Notes: a model not told the origin generated them from the sequence alone. A stretch of DNA of 64,000 nt from Promethearchaeota archaeon (GCA_004524545.1 SDNX01000001.1:23270-87269); one strand, 5' to 3'. Positions 19,370 to 29,637 are shown, numbered from the stretch's first letter. Numbers and translations: made by a program.

Positions 19370-20635
19370 TTAGGAATACAAATTCCTTGGGACTTTTTTA
19401 TTGGATAATACTTTATCCACTGCTAATTCAAATTCAACTTGAGTGATTATAGTTTTCTTTTCTCGAATTGCCATCATTCCAGCCTCAATGCAAATTGCAT
19501 GGATTTCGGCTCCCGTTGCATTCTCAGTCTTTTGAACGAGGACCTTGAAATTTACACTTTTATCTAATTTAAGGGTCTTCGAATGAATATTGAAAATTTG
19601 CAATCTATCTTCTTCTTGAGGTCTCGTAAATTTAATAATTCGATCAAATCTACCAGGGCGGAGTAATGCAGGATCTAAAATATCAAACCGATTGGTAGCT
19701 GCGATGATGCGAACATCTCCCCGATCATCAAATCCATCTAACTCGGATAGAAGTTGCATTAAAGTGCGTTGAACTTCTCGATCTCCAGATGTCGCAACTT
19801 GCAGACGTTGACTTCCTATGGCATCCAATTCATCAATGAAAATGATGGATGGTGCTTTTTTCCGAGCTAGCTGGAATATTTCTCTTACCATTCGTGCACC
19901 TTCACCAATAAATTTCTGGACTAGTTCAGAACCGATAATTCGAATGAATCGCGCTTTAGTCGCATGTGCTACTGCTTTTGCAGTCAATGTTTTCCCAGTT
20001 CCGGGTTCACCATACAATAATACTCCCTTAGGGGGTTTCACTCCGACACTTTCAAACAATTCCGGATAGAGCAATGGTAATTCCACGGTTTCTTTTACTT
20101 CTTGGAGTTGCTCACTCAACCCTCCGATGTCTTCATATGTAACATCTGGGACCATGTCGGCTAATTCCATGCCTTGCACAAGAGGGTCTGTGCTTTCCGG
20201 CATTACTTCCATCACGGCGAAATTGCGTTGATTCAATGCCACACGCATTCCTGGTTCGATTTCTTTCATACCAATTTTCCGAGACACATTTACCACAAAT
20301 GATGGTCCGGTACTGCTTTTAACAACAACGCGATTTTCGTCTAGAATATCTGTTACAGTTGCTCCTATTAAAGGAGGTTGTCTTAATCGATCTAATTCAT
20401 TTCGCAGAGTATGTAATTCTTTATCCAACCGCAATCTCTCTGTCTCTAAAAGCTGTTTTTCCGTTTCTAAGGATCGTAACCGGCGTTCTAAATGACGAGT
20501 ATATGTGATCAGATAATTATCATTCTGACGTTTTTCCTCATCCTCAGGTTCTTCGCGGTTTTTTTTCAGCGTGCTCATTTTTTCTACTTCGGAATAAGTT
20601 TTTTTTTTTGAAAGTTCTATTATTTTTGAGGGCAT
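19370..20635 (-). CDS. pan: Proteasome-activating nucleotidase (AAA+ ATPase)
   Basis: N-terminal coiled coil, OB region, Walker A GVLLYGEPGTGKT, Walker B IIFIDELDA, conserved AAA second region of homology. Confidence 0.9.
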   Translation of the reverse strand: MPSKIIELSKKKTYSEVEKMSTLKKNREEPEDEEKRQNDNYLITYTRHLERRLRSLETEKQLLETERLRLDKELHTLRNELDRLRQPPLIGATVTDILDENRVVVKSSTGPSFVVNVSRKIGMKEIEPGMRVALNQRNFAVMEVMPESTDPLVQGMELADMVPDVTYEDIGGLSEQLQEVKETVELPLLYPELFESVGVKPPKGVLLYGEPGTGKTLTAKAVAHATKARFIRIIGSELVQKFIGEGARMVREIFQLARKKAPSIIFIDELDAIGSQRLQVATSGDREVQRTLMQLLSELDGFDDRGDVRIIAATNRFDILDPALLRPGRFDRIIKFTRPQEEDRLQIFNIHSKTLKLDKSVNFKVLVQKTENATGAEIHAICIEAGMMAIREKKTIITQVEFELAVDKVLSNKKVPRNLYS

Positions 20636-20812
20636 TTCAGCCTTTTAACCTTGATTTTTGCAAGGTTTTTGGAAATTTTTTAACACTTATCTCTATCTTG
20701 AAAAAGAAATTCTTCTTATTTATGTTTTAGTCATTTGTTTTAAAAAAAAAAAGGAAATCTGGAAGACCAGAATATTGTCATAGGCGAAAATTACTTAAAA
20801 AAACGAATCCTA

Positions 20813-20820
20813 TTTTATAT
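20813..20820 (+). promoter_or_regulatory. TATA-box candidate (TTTTATAT) ~22 nt upstream of aMBF1 ATG; suggests leaderless transcript
   Basis: Sequence ttttatat at 20813-20820 in the 200-nt divergent spacer between pan and mbf1. Confidence 0.3.
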
Positions 20821-20841
20821 CACTTAGTAGGAGCTAATATC

Positions 20842-21396
20842 ATGGCGTTTATATGCGAACTATGCGGAAACTCCACAGATCAGAAAATTATTCGAAAGAT
20901 TGAAGGAGTTAAGATGCTTGTATGCAGAGATTGTATGATGATGGGGGAAATACCTCAATCGGAGCGGAAACCTTCAGAAGTTCAAACTAGAACTCCAAAA
21001 TACTATTTAGATAAACCTGATTATCCGCCACGCCCAAAACCTCAACAACCAGTTCGAAAAAGTAAACTGGAATCTAGTGGACCAAAAAATATTCCTATAG
21101 ATAGGTTAAGACTAGTAGAAAATTATCGAGATCTCTTGAAAAGGGTTCGAAGTAAAAATAATATGGACCAAGGAGAATTCTCTAATAGTGTAGGCATCAC
21201 CCATACAAGTTACCGTCATATCGAATCAGGGAAACTAGAACTTACTATCCAAGAAGCAAAGAAAATTGAAAAGAAATATGAAATTGTGTTAACTGAGATT
21301 ATAGAAGACCCAGATGAAGATGAATATGAACAATACATGAGTGGAAAGGGATCGGGTGCAACCCTCGGAGATGTTTACATTAAAAAAGAGAAATAA
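20842..21396 (+). CDS. Archaeal multiprotein bridging factor 1 (N-terminal zinc ribbon + C-terminal XRE-type HTH)
   Basis: CELCGN...CRDC ribbon; HTH segment MDQGEFSNSVGITHTSYRHIESGK; 184 aa with Pro-rich linker. Confidence 0.7.
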   Translation: MAFICELCGNSTDQKIIRKIEGVKMLVCRDCMMMGEIPQSERKPSEVQTRTPKYYLDKPDYPPRPKPQQPVRKSKLESSGPKNIPIDRLRLVENYRDLLKRVRSKNNMDQGEFSNSVGITHTSYRHIESGKLELTIQEAKKIEKKYEIVLTEIIEDPDEDEYEQYMSGKGSGATLGDVYIKKEK

Positions 21397-22597
21397 ATTC
21401 GCAATCGTAATTCAGGCTAACCATCCATCATTGCCGAATTATGATAGGAAAGAATTCGAGGGTCTTGCTAAAGCAGCTGGATACACCCTTATTCATTATT
21501 ATTCGCAGAACTTGAAAAAAATCAACTCCAGGTATTTGATTGGTATGGGAAAATTGGAAGAGATTATTCATAACCAGAGCCATGACTTTGCCTCCCAATT
21601 TGAACTCATTCCCACAAAAATTGAGAAACGTCGAGAAGAGGATCTCATTTATATTTTTATGAATCGGCTCAAGCCTAACCAAATTCGGAATTTATCTGGA
21701 GCTTTGCAAACCAAGGTCATTGATCGAGACTTGTTAATTCTGGAGATATTCGAGGCTCATGCAACCACTCGCGAAGCAAAAATTCAAATCAAACTAGCCC
21801 GTCTTTATTTGGAAGCTTCAAGAAAACAAAAAGAAATATCCGCCAAATTAGTAACAGAGAGACAGGGTCGTGATTTCATGGGAAAAGGATATGGAGCATT
21901 TGAAGCATACCGTAGATCTTTCAAAGAGCAAAAAAGTTCTTTGGTACAAGAATTGGAGGTAATTCGAAAACAAAGAGAAATACGGAGACAGGCACGTAGT
22001 GATGCATATAATGTATCAATTGCTGGATACACAAATGCTGGGAAGACTACCTTACTTAATACGATGAAAAAATTGGATCTAGAAACCAAAGATAGCCCTT
22101 TCACAACTGTATCGACAACGACAAAGAGTTTGACAGTCAATGGAGACGAAATGACGGTTTCAGACTCTGTTGGTTTTGTATTTGATATTCCCCACGAGAT
22201 AATTGAAGCATTTTTATCCACTTTAGAAGAAATTACCTTCTCTGATTGTATAATTCTTACTTTAGATATTTCAGACCCCATTCCTATAATACTTCGTAAA
22301 TTGCAGACTACATTTCAAATATTGGTGAAAATTGGTGCTTTCCAAATGCCGGTGTTATATTTCATGAACAAAATTGATAAAATTGAACTTAGTGATTTTG
22401 AAGTCAAACGTGCACAACTTTTAGCCATTCTACCAGAAAACTCAGTTATTCATTTTGGTTCCGCTCTGGAGCAAGACACGATACACCATTTGACTCAAAA
22501 ACTCTATGAAATTAAAAATTCATTGACCCCGTCAACACGAATGTTGTCCCAAGAATCTTTAATGGAAATGGTAGAAAAAATTAATGTTACGTTCTAA
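21371..22597 (+). CDS. hflX: GTPase HflX
   Basis: HflX N-domain then G1 VSIAGYTNAGKTTLLN, G3 DSVGF; ORF opens at 21341, ATG 21371 fits HflX N-terminus. Confidence 0.85.
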   Translation: MFTLKKRNKFAIVIQANHPSLPNYDRKEFEGLAKAAGYTLIHYYSQNLKKINSRYLIGMGKLEEIIHNQSHDFASQFELIPTKIEKRREEDLIYIFMNRLKPNQIRNLSGALQTKVIDRDLLILEIFEAHATTREAKIQIKLARLYLEASRKQKEISAKLVTERQGRDFMGKGYGAFEAYRRSFKEQKSSLVQELEVIRKQREIRRQARSDAYNVSIAGYTNAGKTTLLNTMKKLDLETKDSPFTTVSTTTKSLTVNGDEMTVSDSVGFVFDIPHEIIEAFLSTLEEITFSDCIILTLDISDPIPIILRKLQTTFQILVKIGAFQMPVLYFMNKIDKIELSDFEVKRAQLLAILPENSVIHFGSALEQDTIHHLTQKLYEIKNSLTPSTRMLSQESLMEMVEKINVTF

Positions 22598-22740
22598 TCG
22601 TGAGGGTGAACTGGACAAACTTTAGACACTTTTCGTCTTGCAGATCCCATGGATACAGCATTTCAAATACTAGTGAGTGATTAATACTTTTAGAAATAGA
22701 ATACGGGTGAGATTAAGGATTAATTTAAAGTCCTAATACC

Positions 22741-23196
22741 CTAGGCACGCACTTTGGCGTATTGTTTCGCCAAACGTTTCACATTTACCTTTTTTTTCGA
22801 TGGAGTTCCTTGAGTATCCTTAAGTACTTTATATAATAACAAAAATGCTGTGGCTTCTACTCCAATTGCGATACAATTGATCCAGAAAAATGACATAGCT
22901 AAAGCAATCAGCGACCCAATTAGTGCTAAGATAGTGAGAAACACTACTGCACCAGGACTATCTCGTTGAATTGTTAAATCTAAGGAAGCTAATATTTTTG
23001 TTTCAAATCCCAGATAAACCCGATTTGCAATTAGTGCCAAGAAAAATGCCCAACCCACCATAATTGCTGAAGGAACCCCGAACAATACGAATGGATAATA
23101 GATAAGAGTGAATGCAATCGTGCCTGAAGTGACGTGGCCAATGGCGATTAAATCTAAAGTAGCTAGGTCCCGATATTTCGACTCGTTTATTGACAT
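22741..23196 (-). CDS. Hypothetical membrane protein (4 TM)
   Basis: 151 aa, four hydrophobic helices, basic C-terminus. Confidence 0.4.
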   Translation of the reverse strand: MSINESKYRDLATLDLIAIGHVTSGTIAFTLIYYPFVLFGVPSAIMVGWAFFLALIANRVYLGFETKILASLDLTIQRDSPGAVVFLTILALIGSLIALAMSFFWINCIAIGVEATAFLLLYKVLKDTQGTPSKKKVNVKRLAKQYAKVRA

Positions 23197-23263
23197 TGTT
23201 TTTTCCTCTTTGTTGTTCGACTATTTGTACAGAGTTTCAATCTATGAGTGTTCCGGGCTGTGA

Positions 23264-23458
23264 TTATAGTGGAACTACCCACAGGTGTTTCTTTTTAATT
23301 ATTCTTTTTCGATTTTTAACAATAATCAAGGTTGGTTGATTGAGATAGGATAAGTCATTCTCTTCTAGTTCAACTTCATCGGAGATTGTGAGTAAATCTT
23401 CATTCTCGATGACTATGAGTTGTTCTTTTTGAGAATCTGTTTTCTTTTTTGTATTCAA
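23264..23458 (-). CDS. Small hypothetical protein
   Basis: 64-aa ORF, acidic/basic halves; weak support. Confidence 0.2.
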   Translation of the reverse strand: MNTKKKTDSQKEQLIVIENEDLLTISDEVELEENDLSYLNQPTLIIVKNRKRIIKKKHLWVVPL

Positions 23459-23687
23459 TCTGTATCCATCTCACTTTTTGATGTTAATTATATATGTATG
23501 ATTTTTGATATTGCTCTATCCACTTCATATATATAAGTAAGAGTGGCAATATAAATCCATCCTCACTGTTTTTTATGTTTTTTACCAATTGAAGGTAAAT
23601 AGGAACCCTTTATATAGTAAAATAAGCAATCAATTGTTTGTTTAACAATCTATCTAGCTAATTAAGAATGTATTAATTGATTTTTTT

Positions 23688-24674
23688 TTGAGAATGTATC
23701 AATTTATTGATAGACAATTATCAAAAAATAAAAGTGTTAATTACTTTTTAGATTGTGTGACTCCAGATAAATCTCGTAAACAGAAGCGTGTTGAAAAAAA
23801 AGGGGAAAAAGAGAAAGAAAAGGAATTACTACACCTTAACTGGCTTCAACAGCGAATCTTAGAGTTGCTATGGGAACAAAAGGATTTATATGGACAGGAA
23901 ATTGTCGAAATCTTGTTACATAAGAATAATGAAGAGGAAAAAATTCGCTCTGGTCAACTCTATCCTGCATTACGGAAACTCGAAAAAGGGGGATTCGTCA
24001 AATCAGATGATAAAAAAATCGAGAATATTAAGCATGTAATCTATAAGACAACGGAAAAGGGGGACCTCGAAATACAGAAACAATTCTCTATATTCTTTCA
24101 TCTGATGGAAGTAACGATTGGAAAACACTTAGGAACTATTTTGGAAAAATTAAACGACATAATAAAATTTTCAGATAAATTTTGCGTAGATCTATCTAAT
24201 CGTTTCCTGGATCCTGTCACTCTTAAGCTTGCAGAATTTGTGAAACCAGATGGGAGATATATTGTGCGGGAGGATTGTTATTTTGGTGCAGAACTCTCCG
24301 AATTGCTGAAAAAACGTATCGTAACTTTTAATCATCAACATTGTATTTCCATAAAGAATCGGGATGAACTATCAAAAAATAATGTAGATGTTGCTATTGT
24401 AGTATTTACTCTTCATGAATCAAACTCAGACTGGATTTTACCCAAGATGAAAGAAATCCTTAGACCAGATGGTTATGGAATAATAATTGATTTAGTAAGT
24501 CTGGAAGGTCATATCATCGAGAAAATTGTTTCCAATTATTTATCGAATCATGGATCAATTGGGATAAATATTGATGAGACCAAAGAAAAATTATCACAGC
24601 TTGGGTTTACGGTGACAAATGAGAGTATTGTTGATGGAATTGTGACTCTGATTTTTCAATCCTCCTCTGAATGA
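23688..24674 (+). CDS. PadR-like winged-helix regulator fused to methyltransferase-like C-terminal domain
   Basis: QRILELLWEQKDLYGQEIVEIL...GQLYPALRKLEKGGFV (PadR signature); C-terminal DVAIVVFTLHESNSDWILPKMKEILRPDGYGII resembles class I MTase tail. Confidence 0.5.
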   Translation: MRMYQFIDRQLSKNKSVNYFLDCVTPDKSRKQKRVEKKGEKEKEKELLHLNWLQQRILELLWEQKDLYGQEIVEILLHKNNEEEKIRSGQLYPALRKLEKGGFVKSDDKKIENIKHVIYKTTEKGDLEIQKQFSIFFHLMEVTIGKHLGTILEKLNDIIKFSDKFCVDLSNRFLDPVTLKLAEFVKPDGRYIVREDCYFGAELSELLKKRIVTFNHQHCISIKNRDELSKNNVDVAIVVFTLHESNSDWILPKMKEILRPDGYGIIIDLVSLEGHIIEKIVSNYLSNHGSIGINIDETKEKLSQLGFTVTNESIVDGIVTLIFQSSSE

Positions 24675-24742
24675 AAACACTAAATCAATTTGCTTCTTTT
24701 TTTATCGAAGACCTTATGTAGGTTCCACTTTTTTAATATCCC

Positions 24743-25333
24743 ATGTTTCATGACATTCCGTCCAAGATCTTAGCTCGCATGGCTTTTTTGGAAGAAGAAG
24801 ATGCTCGAGATCGTAAAAAAGTAATTTCAAAGTTGAAAAGATTGCGTCAAATTCCTCCCGAATCAGGGAAGTTCCTAGCACTCACTGCAAGCTCAGCCCC
24901 CCCAGGGAAAATGATAGAAATTGGAACTAGTGCAGCCTATTCTACCTTATGGTTGAGTCTAGCAGCCAAAGAACGGGCTCAAAAGATAGATACATTTGAA
25001 GTTCTCATAGAAAAATACAATCTTGCTCTGGAAACAGTAAAAGTTACTGAAACATACGATTATATTCGAGTAAATTTTGGAAATGCGATGGACCTCTTAA
25101 AACCCTTTGAAGAGGTTGCGTTTTGCTTTCTCGATGCAGAAAAGGAGGATTACAAGGAGTTTTACAACCTTATTATCCCAAAAATGGTTAAAGGAGGAAT
25201 CTTTCTCGCAGATAATGTAATCAGCCATTATAAGGATGTAAAACCTATGTTAGATATCGCTCTCCAAGATCCTCGAGTAGATGCGTTGATTGTTCCAATT
25301 GGAAAAGGAATTCTTATGTGTCGAGTTACATGA
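24743..25333 (+). CDS. Class I SAM-dependent O-methyltransferase (family 3, caffeoyl-CoA OMT-like)
   Basis: MIEIGTSAAYSTLWLS (SAM motif I), FCFLDAEKEDY, GGIFLADNV. Confidence 0.75.
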   Translation: MFHDIPSKILARMAFLEEEDARDRKKVISKLKRLRQIPPESGKFLALTASSAPPGKMIEIGTSAAYSTLWLSLAAKERAQKIDTFEVLIEKYNLALETVKVTETYDYIRVNFGNAMDLLKPFEEVAFCFLDAEKEDYKEFYNLIIPKMVKGGIFLADNVISHYKDVKPMLDIALQDPRVDALIVPIGKGILMCRVT

Positions 25334-25785
25334 TGAAATTTGGACTACAAGTTCTTTAAATATTTCTTTCTTTAAATTTGATTTTCGGTCATGGCGCCCT
25401 TTTACTGAAAAAAGGAGTTGAAAGATAAACTGTATCTTGGTTGAGTTACATGTGTGCAAAAATTAGTCCAAGAGGATTACGTTGGTGGATGAGGTCATTG
25501 TTTTTTATCTTTCTATTGACAATTGGTTTATCTTGGGGATTTTATTCAGAAAAATATCCATAAATATTGCACTTACTCAGAAAATAGTCTTATTTGTTGC
25601 GTGTATAGTGATTCTTCTTTTAAATATAGACGATGCGAAATAATTTTGATTTCTTTTTTCTCTCATATGTATTTTTTTTTCGATATTTGTTTGTTTTTAA
25701 CTTCACGAATTAAACGAAAAATACAATTCGCGAGGCTTTTAGGATACATTCGCTTTTTTATAACTATAATTTAGGAGACTATGTT

Positions 25786-26442
25786 ATGTCACAACCAATA
25801 AACCAGAATCGTATGCGATGGATGATATGGTTAATAATGTTCCTCGTGATCCTTACCATTGGATTAGCATGGGTATTTTACTCATTTCGAGAACCATATA
25901 ACTTTTTCAAAGAAACAATTTCTATGCTAGGTGGTATTCAGACCGAAATGGGTCACAATAATTTTCCCTCATTTGCAATATTTACCATCGGTTTTCTGCT
26001 TGTATCAGTACTAAGTATTGTTACTTCTATTCTATACTTGGCAAACTCAGAAGACTTCGAATATGCAATCCTTAAAGGCATTTTATTAATGATAATTGCA
26101 ATTGGTACGTTCGGAACTTCTATAATGCATGATTTCATCAAGATAATTCATGGTATAGGCGCATTTTTGTTTGTCACAGGTTTTGGGGTTGCAAATTTTG
26201 TTTGGCAGTTACTACGCTATGTACGAAAGCTGGAACTGCCACCAGAAAATAGGAAATGGGACTTTTATTTGGATGCGGTGTTTGTTTGGATATTACTTGC
26301 ATCGATTTTAGTATATTTTGTGTTTACGGGAATTTACTATTTCCTTGGATATTTAACATTTACCTATGTGGCGACTTCCCAGAAGATCCTTCTGATTTGC
26401 ATAATTATTGCAACATTCTTATTAGATCCAGAAGATATGTAA
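25786..26442 (+). CDS. Membrane protein, tandem paralog A of uncharacterised family (ISxLG motif; possibly DUF998-like)
   Basis: 218 aa, 5-6 TM; shares ETISMLGG, FNFVSQLLRF-type and LLDPEDM terminus with next two genes. Confidence 0.6.
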   Translation: MSQPINQNRMRWMIWLIMFLVILTIGLAWVFYSFREPYNFFKETISMLGGIQTEMGHNNFPSFAIFTIGFLLVSVLSIVTSILYLANSEDFEYAILKGILLMIIAIGTFGTSIMHDFIKIIHGIGAFLFVTGFGVANFVWQLLRYVRKLELPPENRKWDFYLDAVFVWILLASILVYFVFTGIYYFLGYLTFTYVATSQKILLICIIIATFLLDPEDM

Positions 26443-26539
26443 TTAATTACTACTCCTTTTTTCATTTTAACGATAATTTTTGGATTTATTCTATCGTCGC
26501 GTAAGAGTTTAATAGTGTGACAGCAAAGTATGACCTATT

Positions 26540-27223
26540 ATGACAAATAAACCTTGGATTACCTCAAAAGGAATGCGCTCGGCATTCTGGGTTTTAGTAG
26601 TTATACTTGTTTTAACTATCTGTTTATGTATTCTATTTTATCCAGAACCTTATCTATTTTTTAAGCAAACGATTAGCTCACTTGGTCATATTCTCTCTAC
26701 GAGCGGATATAGTAATAAAATCTCACAATGGATATTTACAACAGGATTTGGAATCATTGCAGTAGGTGCTTTATTCATGATGGTGGCGTATACCAATATG
26801 AGAGGATTTTATGGAGCTGGTTGGAAAGTACTTACGCTTTTCATATTTTTCTTTGGAGCGATAGGAACAGCATTCCCTGCAGATCATCCAGATGCTACTT
26901 ATCAAACATATCATATTGCAGGAGCAGCTCTTTTTGTTATTGGTTTTGGGTTATTTAATTTCGTTTCTCAACTTCTGCGATTCATTCGGAAACATACACC
27001 AATTCCAAAGAGAGGGGTACGAAAGCGGGACTTCTATTTAGATATGACATTTGTAATTCTAGTGTTCATTTGCGTGCTTTGGTATGTTTTATCAGGACTG
27101 CTAATTGATCTATTGGGGTTTTCCGATCCTTGGTTTGGACCTTTCAACACGGAAGTATCTCAAAAAATTCTTCTGTTTGTTGGATGTGTAGCAGCTTTTC
27201 TATTAGATCTAGATGACATGTAG
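26540..27223 (+). CDS. Membrane protein, tandem paralog B
   Basis: 227 aa; QTISSLGH, FNFVSQLLRFIRKH, LLDLDDM. Confidence 0.6.
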   Translation: MTNKPWITSKGMRSAFWVLVVILVLTICLCILFYPEPYLFFKQTISSLGHILSTSGYSNKISQWIFTTGFGIIAVGALFMMVAYTNMRGFYGAGWKVLTLFIFFFGAIGTAFPADHPDATYQTYHIAGAALFVIGFGLFNFVSQLLRFIRKHTPIPKRGVRKRDFYLDMTFVILVFICVLWYVLSGLLIDLLGFSDPWFGPFNTEVSQKILLFVGCVAAFLLDLDDM

Positions 27224-27322
27224 TAAAATTTCTACTTTTATCCATTTTTTATTATTAAACTTTGACTTAAGTGTATTTTGAGGACACAATTTAAATGTAA
27301 CATGATCCCATTAGGATGTACT

Positions 27323-28012
27323 ATGACTTCTCAAGGTTGGATTACTCAAAAAGGATTGAGAATCTTCTTTTGGATTCTAGCATCAATACTGATTTTGACC
27401 GTAACTCTATGTTTTATCTTTTATCCCGAGCAGTATCGATTTTTTCAGCAACATATTAGTTCATTAGGTCAATTGTACTCCAGATGGTCTTATCTTCCAA
27501 ATACCATTTCACGTTGGATATTTTCCATATGATTTGTAATTCTTGGAATAGGTACTCTTTTCATGATGGTAGCGTATACCAACGTGAGGGAATTTTATGG
27601 GGTCGCTTGGAAAGTCTTCACTTTGGTTATTTTCTTTTTTGGGTGCATACTTACAGCATTTCCATGTGACCATCCAGATAAAACTTTTCGAGATTGGCAT
27701 GTTATAGGAGCGGTCTGTTTTGTTACGGGATTTGCCTTATTTAATTTCGTCTCACAACTGCTCAGATTCGTTCGAAAACATGTTAAAAAACCCACAGAAG
27801 GCAAGCGCAAATGGGATTTCTATTTTGATATGATCTTTGTGATTTTGGTATTTATAGCAGTCATTTGGTACTTAACCTCAGGGTTATTTCACGATATTCT
27901 ACAAATATCAGCGGGAGTGTTTGATAAAATTCTCAATTTGTTTATTGCGCAGAAAATGATCCTTATTTTAGGGGTCGTTGCATCGTTCCTTTTAGATGAG
28001 GATGATATGTAA
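27323..28012 (+). pseudogene. Membrane protein, tandem paralog C interrupted by in-frame TGA at 27530-27532 (Gly codon GGA in paralog B)
   Basis: ORFs 27278..27532 and 27563..28012 are in the same frame; ...RWIFSI*FVILGIGTLFMMVAYTN aligns to QWIFTTGFGIIAVGALFMMVAYTN of paralog B. Confidence 0.55.
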
Positions 28013-28081
28013 TTCCTTTTTTCTCTTTCTCTTTCTTTACCCATGTTTTTTTATAGTTGAAACAACAAGTAGATTAACAAG

Positions 28082-29107
28082 GTGTCTAAAATGGATGAAT
28101 CTAACTCTCCTCCTCCAATAAAGATAATTCGGGAACCTTTTTTGATAAGAAATCCGTGGTTCAGCATTGTAATGGTAATGGTTTTTTATTTTCTCTTTCA
28201 ATTAATCCCACTGTTAGTCTACTCGTTTCTAGTACCAACGACATTTGCAATAGACCATCCTTATGTGATACGAATTATTGAATTTGTATCTTTAGGAATT
28301 CTTTTACTGATATTCATACCATTCTTGAGAATTCCCAAAGATAATAGAAATTATAGGCAATATCTGAAAGATATTCAACTCTTGACTGTAACAATTAAAG
28401 GAGTATTGGTGGGGTTACTTACTACTATGGTCTTATTCATTTTAGCCTATGGATCAGTGTATCTGAGCGCTGTATTGTCAAAACTTTATTATGTTGAAAT
28501 AAAGGGGTATATAATTCTTGAATCACCTGGGGTAGTAATGGATCCTAGCTACTTATTTGATCCGAACGCTGGATTGAATGTTTATTATGCATTAACTCCA
28601 GGAATAATGGAAGAATTAGCATTTCGAGGAGTAATTTTGGTTTTATTATTGAAAAAATATTCATGGAAAAAAGCGATAATTGTTGATGGAATTCTTTTCG
28701 GGTGTTTTCATCTCTTAAATCTACTTGGTCCAACGATTGATTTTATTTCAGGTCCTAATGCAGGAGATATTTATTTATACATTGCATTGATTCGAAGTGT
28801 AGGATTCCAAGTAATCTATGCTACTAGTTTAGGTATTGCGTGGGCGTTTATGTTCATAAAATCAAAATCTTTGATACCCTCAATACTCGCGCATTGGCTT
28901 ATTGATGCATTTGGAGGATTGGTTCTGATTCCAAATATTGGACTTGAAAGTTTTGCAATTTCTTGGATCTATTTCATTTGTATAACATTGCTGGGAATTG
29001 GGGTTTTACCTGCAATTTTGGATGTTCTCATAATTAAAGGATCCTATAGAGGTCCAACAATTAACCCTTGGGAAGATTGGTCAAAAAGAGATCTCTACCA
29101 AGTATAA
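28082..29107 (+). CDS. CPBP-family intramembrane glutamic endopeptidase (Rce1/Abi-like CAAX protease family)
   Basis: Motif 1 EELAFRG, motif 2 FGCFHLLN, motif 3 AHWLID; 341 aa polytopic. Confidence 0.8.
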   Translation: MSKMDESNSPPPIKIIREPFLIRNPWFSIVMVMVFYFLFQLIPLLVYSFLVPTTFAIDHPYVIRIIEFVSLGILLLIFIPFLRIPKDNRNYRQYLKDIQLLTVTIKGVLVGLLTTMVLFILAYGSVYLSAVLSKLYYVEIKGYIILESPGVVMDPSYLFDPNAGLNVYYALTPGIMEELAFRGVILVLLLKKYSWKKAIIVDGILFGCFHLLNLLGPTIDFISGPNAGDIYLYIALIRSVGFQVIYATSLGIAWAFMFIKSKSLIPSILAHWLIDAFGGLVLIPNIGLESFAISWIYFICITLLGIGVLPAILDVLIIKGSYRGPTINPWEDWSKRDLYQV

Positions 29108-29163
29108 TGTTCCCTTTTTTTTCTTTAGTAAGAGCATTCTATTATAGAATGTATCCAATTGGT

Positions 29164-29637
29164 TTATTTCTCAAAAAGGTTCGGAGGTAATGTAATTTTT
29201 ATCTCACATTTTTCTCCACCTGATACAATAGATGTAACAATCTCTACGTTTACTGGTTTTTTGATATATTCTTCAAACATAGATTGATAAAATCCAGCAG
29301 AACAGTTGCAATAATTCTTCGGAATTGGATCTTTCGAAGCATTTACATACTCACAATGACATTTCGAAATTCGTCTCGTTAGAACGTTCCCTTCTCGTTT
29401 TAATCCATCCACTATTCCATCCGGAAACGATCCCCATCGTTTATCTAGATAATCAATGAATTGATGAATATTTTTCACTGTATCAGGAACTACCCCAAGC
29501 ATGCCTTGCTTGTGTTTATCATAACAGCTGTGACCTCGTGTCTGCATAATCAACTCCACAAAGACAGGATCTAACTTATTATCTAGTGTATTCATTAATT
29601 CTTTAGCAAATTCAGCACGTTTTTCTGGTATAAGCAC
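29164..29637 (-). CDS. Hypothetical Cys-rich protein sharing a domain with C-terminus of 52987..54063
   Basis: C-H-C-x16-C-N-C-S-A-G-F and HxxxxxxID...RWG segments recur in 52987..54063 (C-F-C-P-x17-C-N-C-G-A-G-W ; ...IDKTLEF..KGWG). Confidence 0.4.
   Translation of the reverse strand: MLIPEKRAEFAKELMNTLDNKLDPVFVELIMQTRGHSCYDKHKQGMLGVVPDTVKNIHQFIDYLDKRWGSFPDGIVDGLKREGNVLTRRISKCHCEYVNASKDPIPKNYCNCSAGFYQSMFEEYIKKPVNVEIVTSIVSGGEKCEIKITLPPNLFEK

Noticed and set aside
25321-25452. Duplicated 10-mer GAGTTACATG 120 nt apart at end of OMT gene and in downstream spacer
   Set aside because: Isolated 10-nt match in AT-rich DNA; insufficient to call an element
27530-27532. In-frame TGA as possible selenocysteine codon
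   Set aside because: Aligned position is Gly (GGA) in paralog B and non-Cys in paralog A; no Cys/Sec-type context or obvious SECIS-like hairpin; pseudogene or sequencing error more likely
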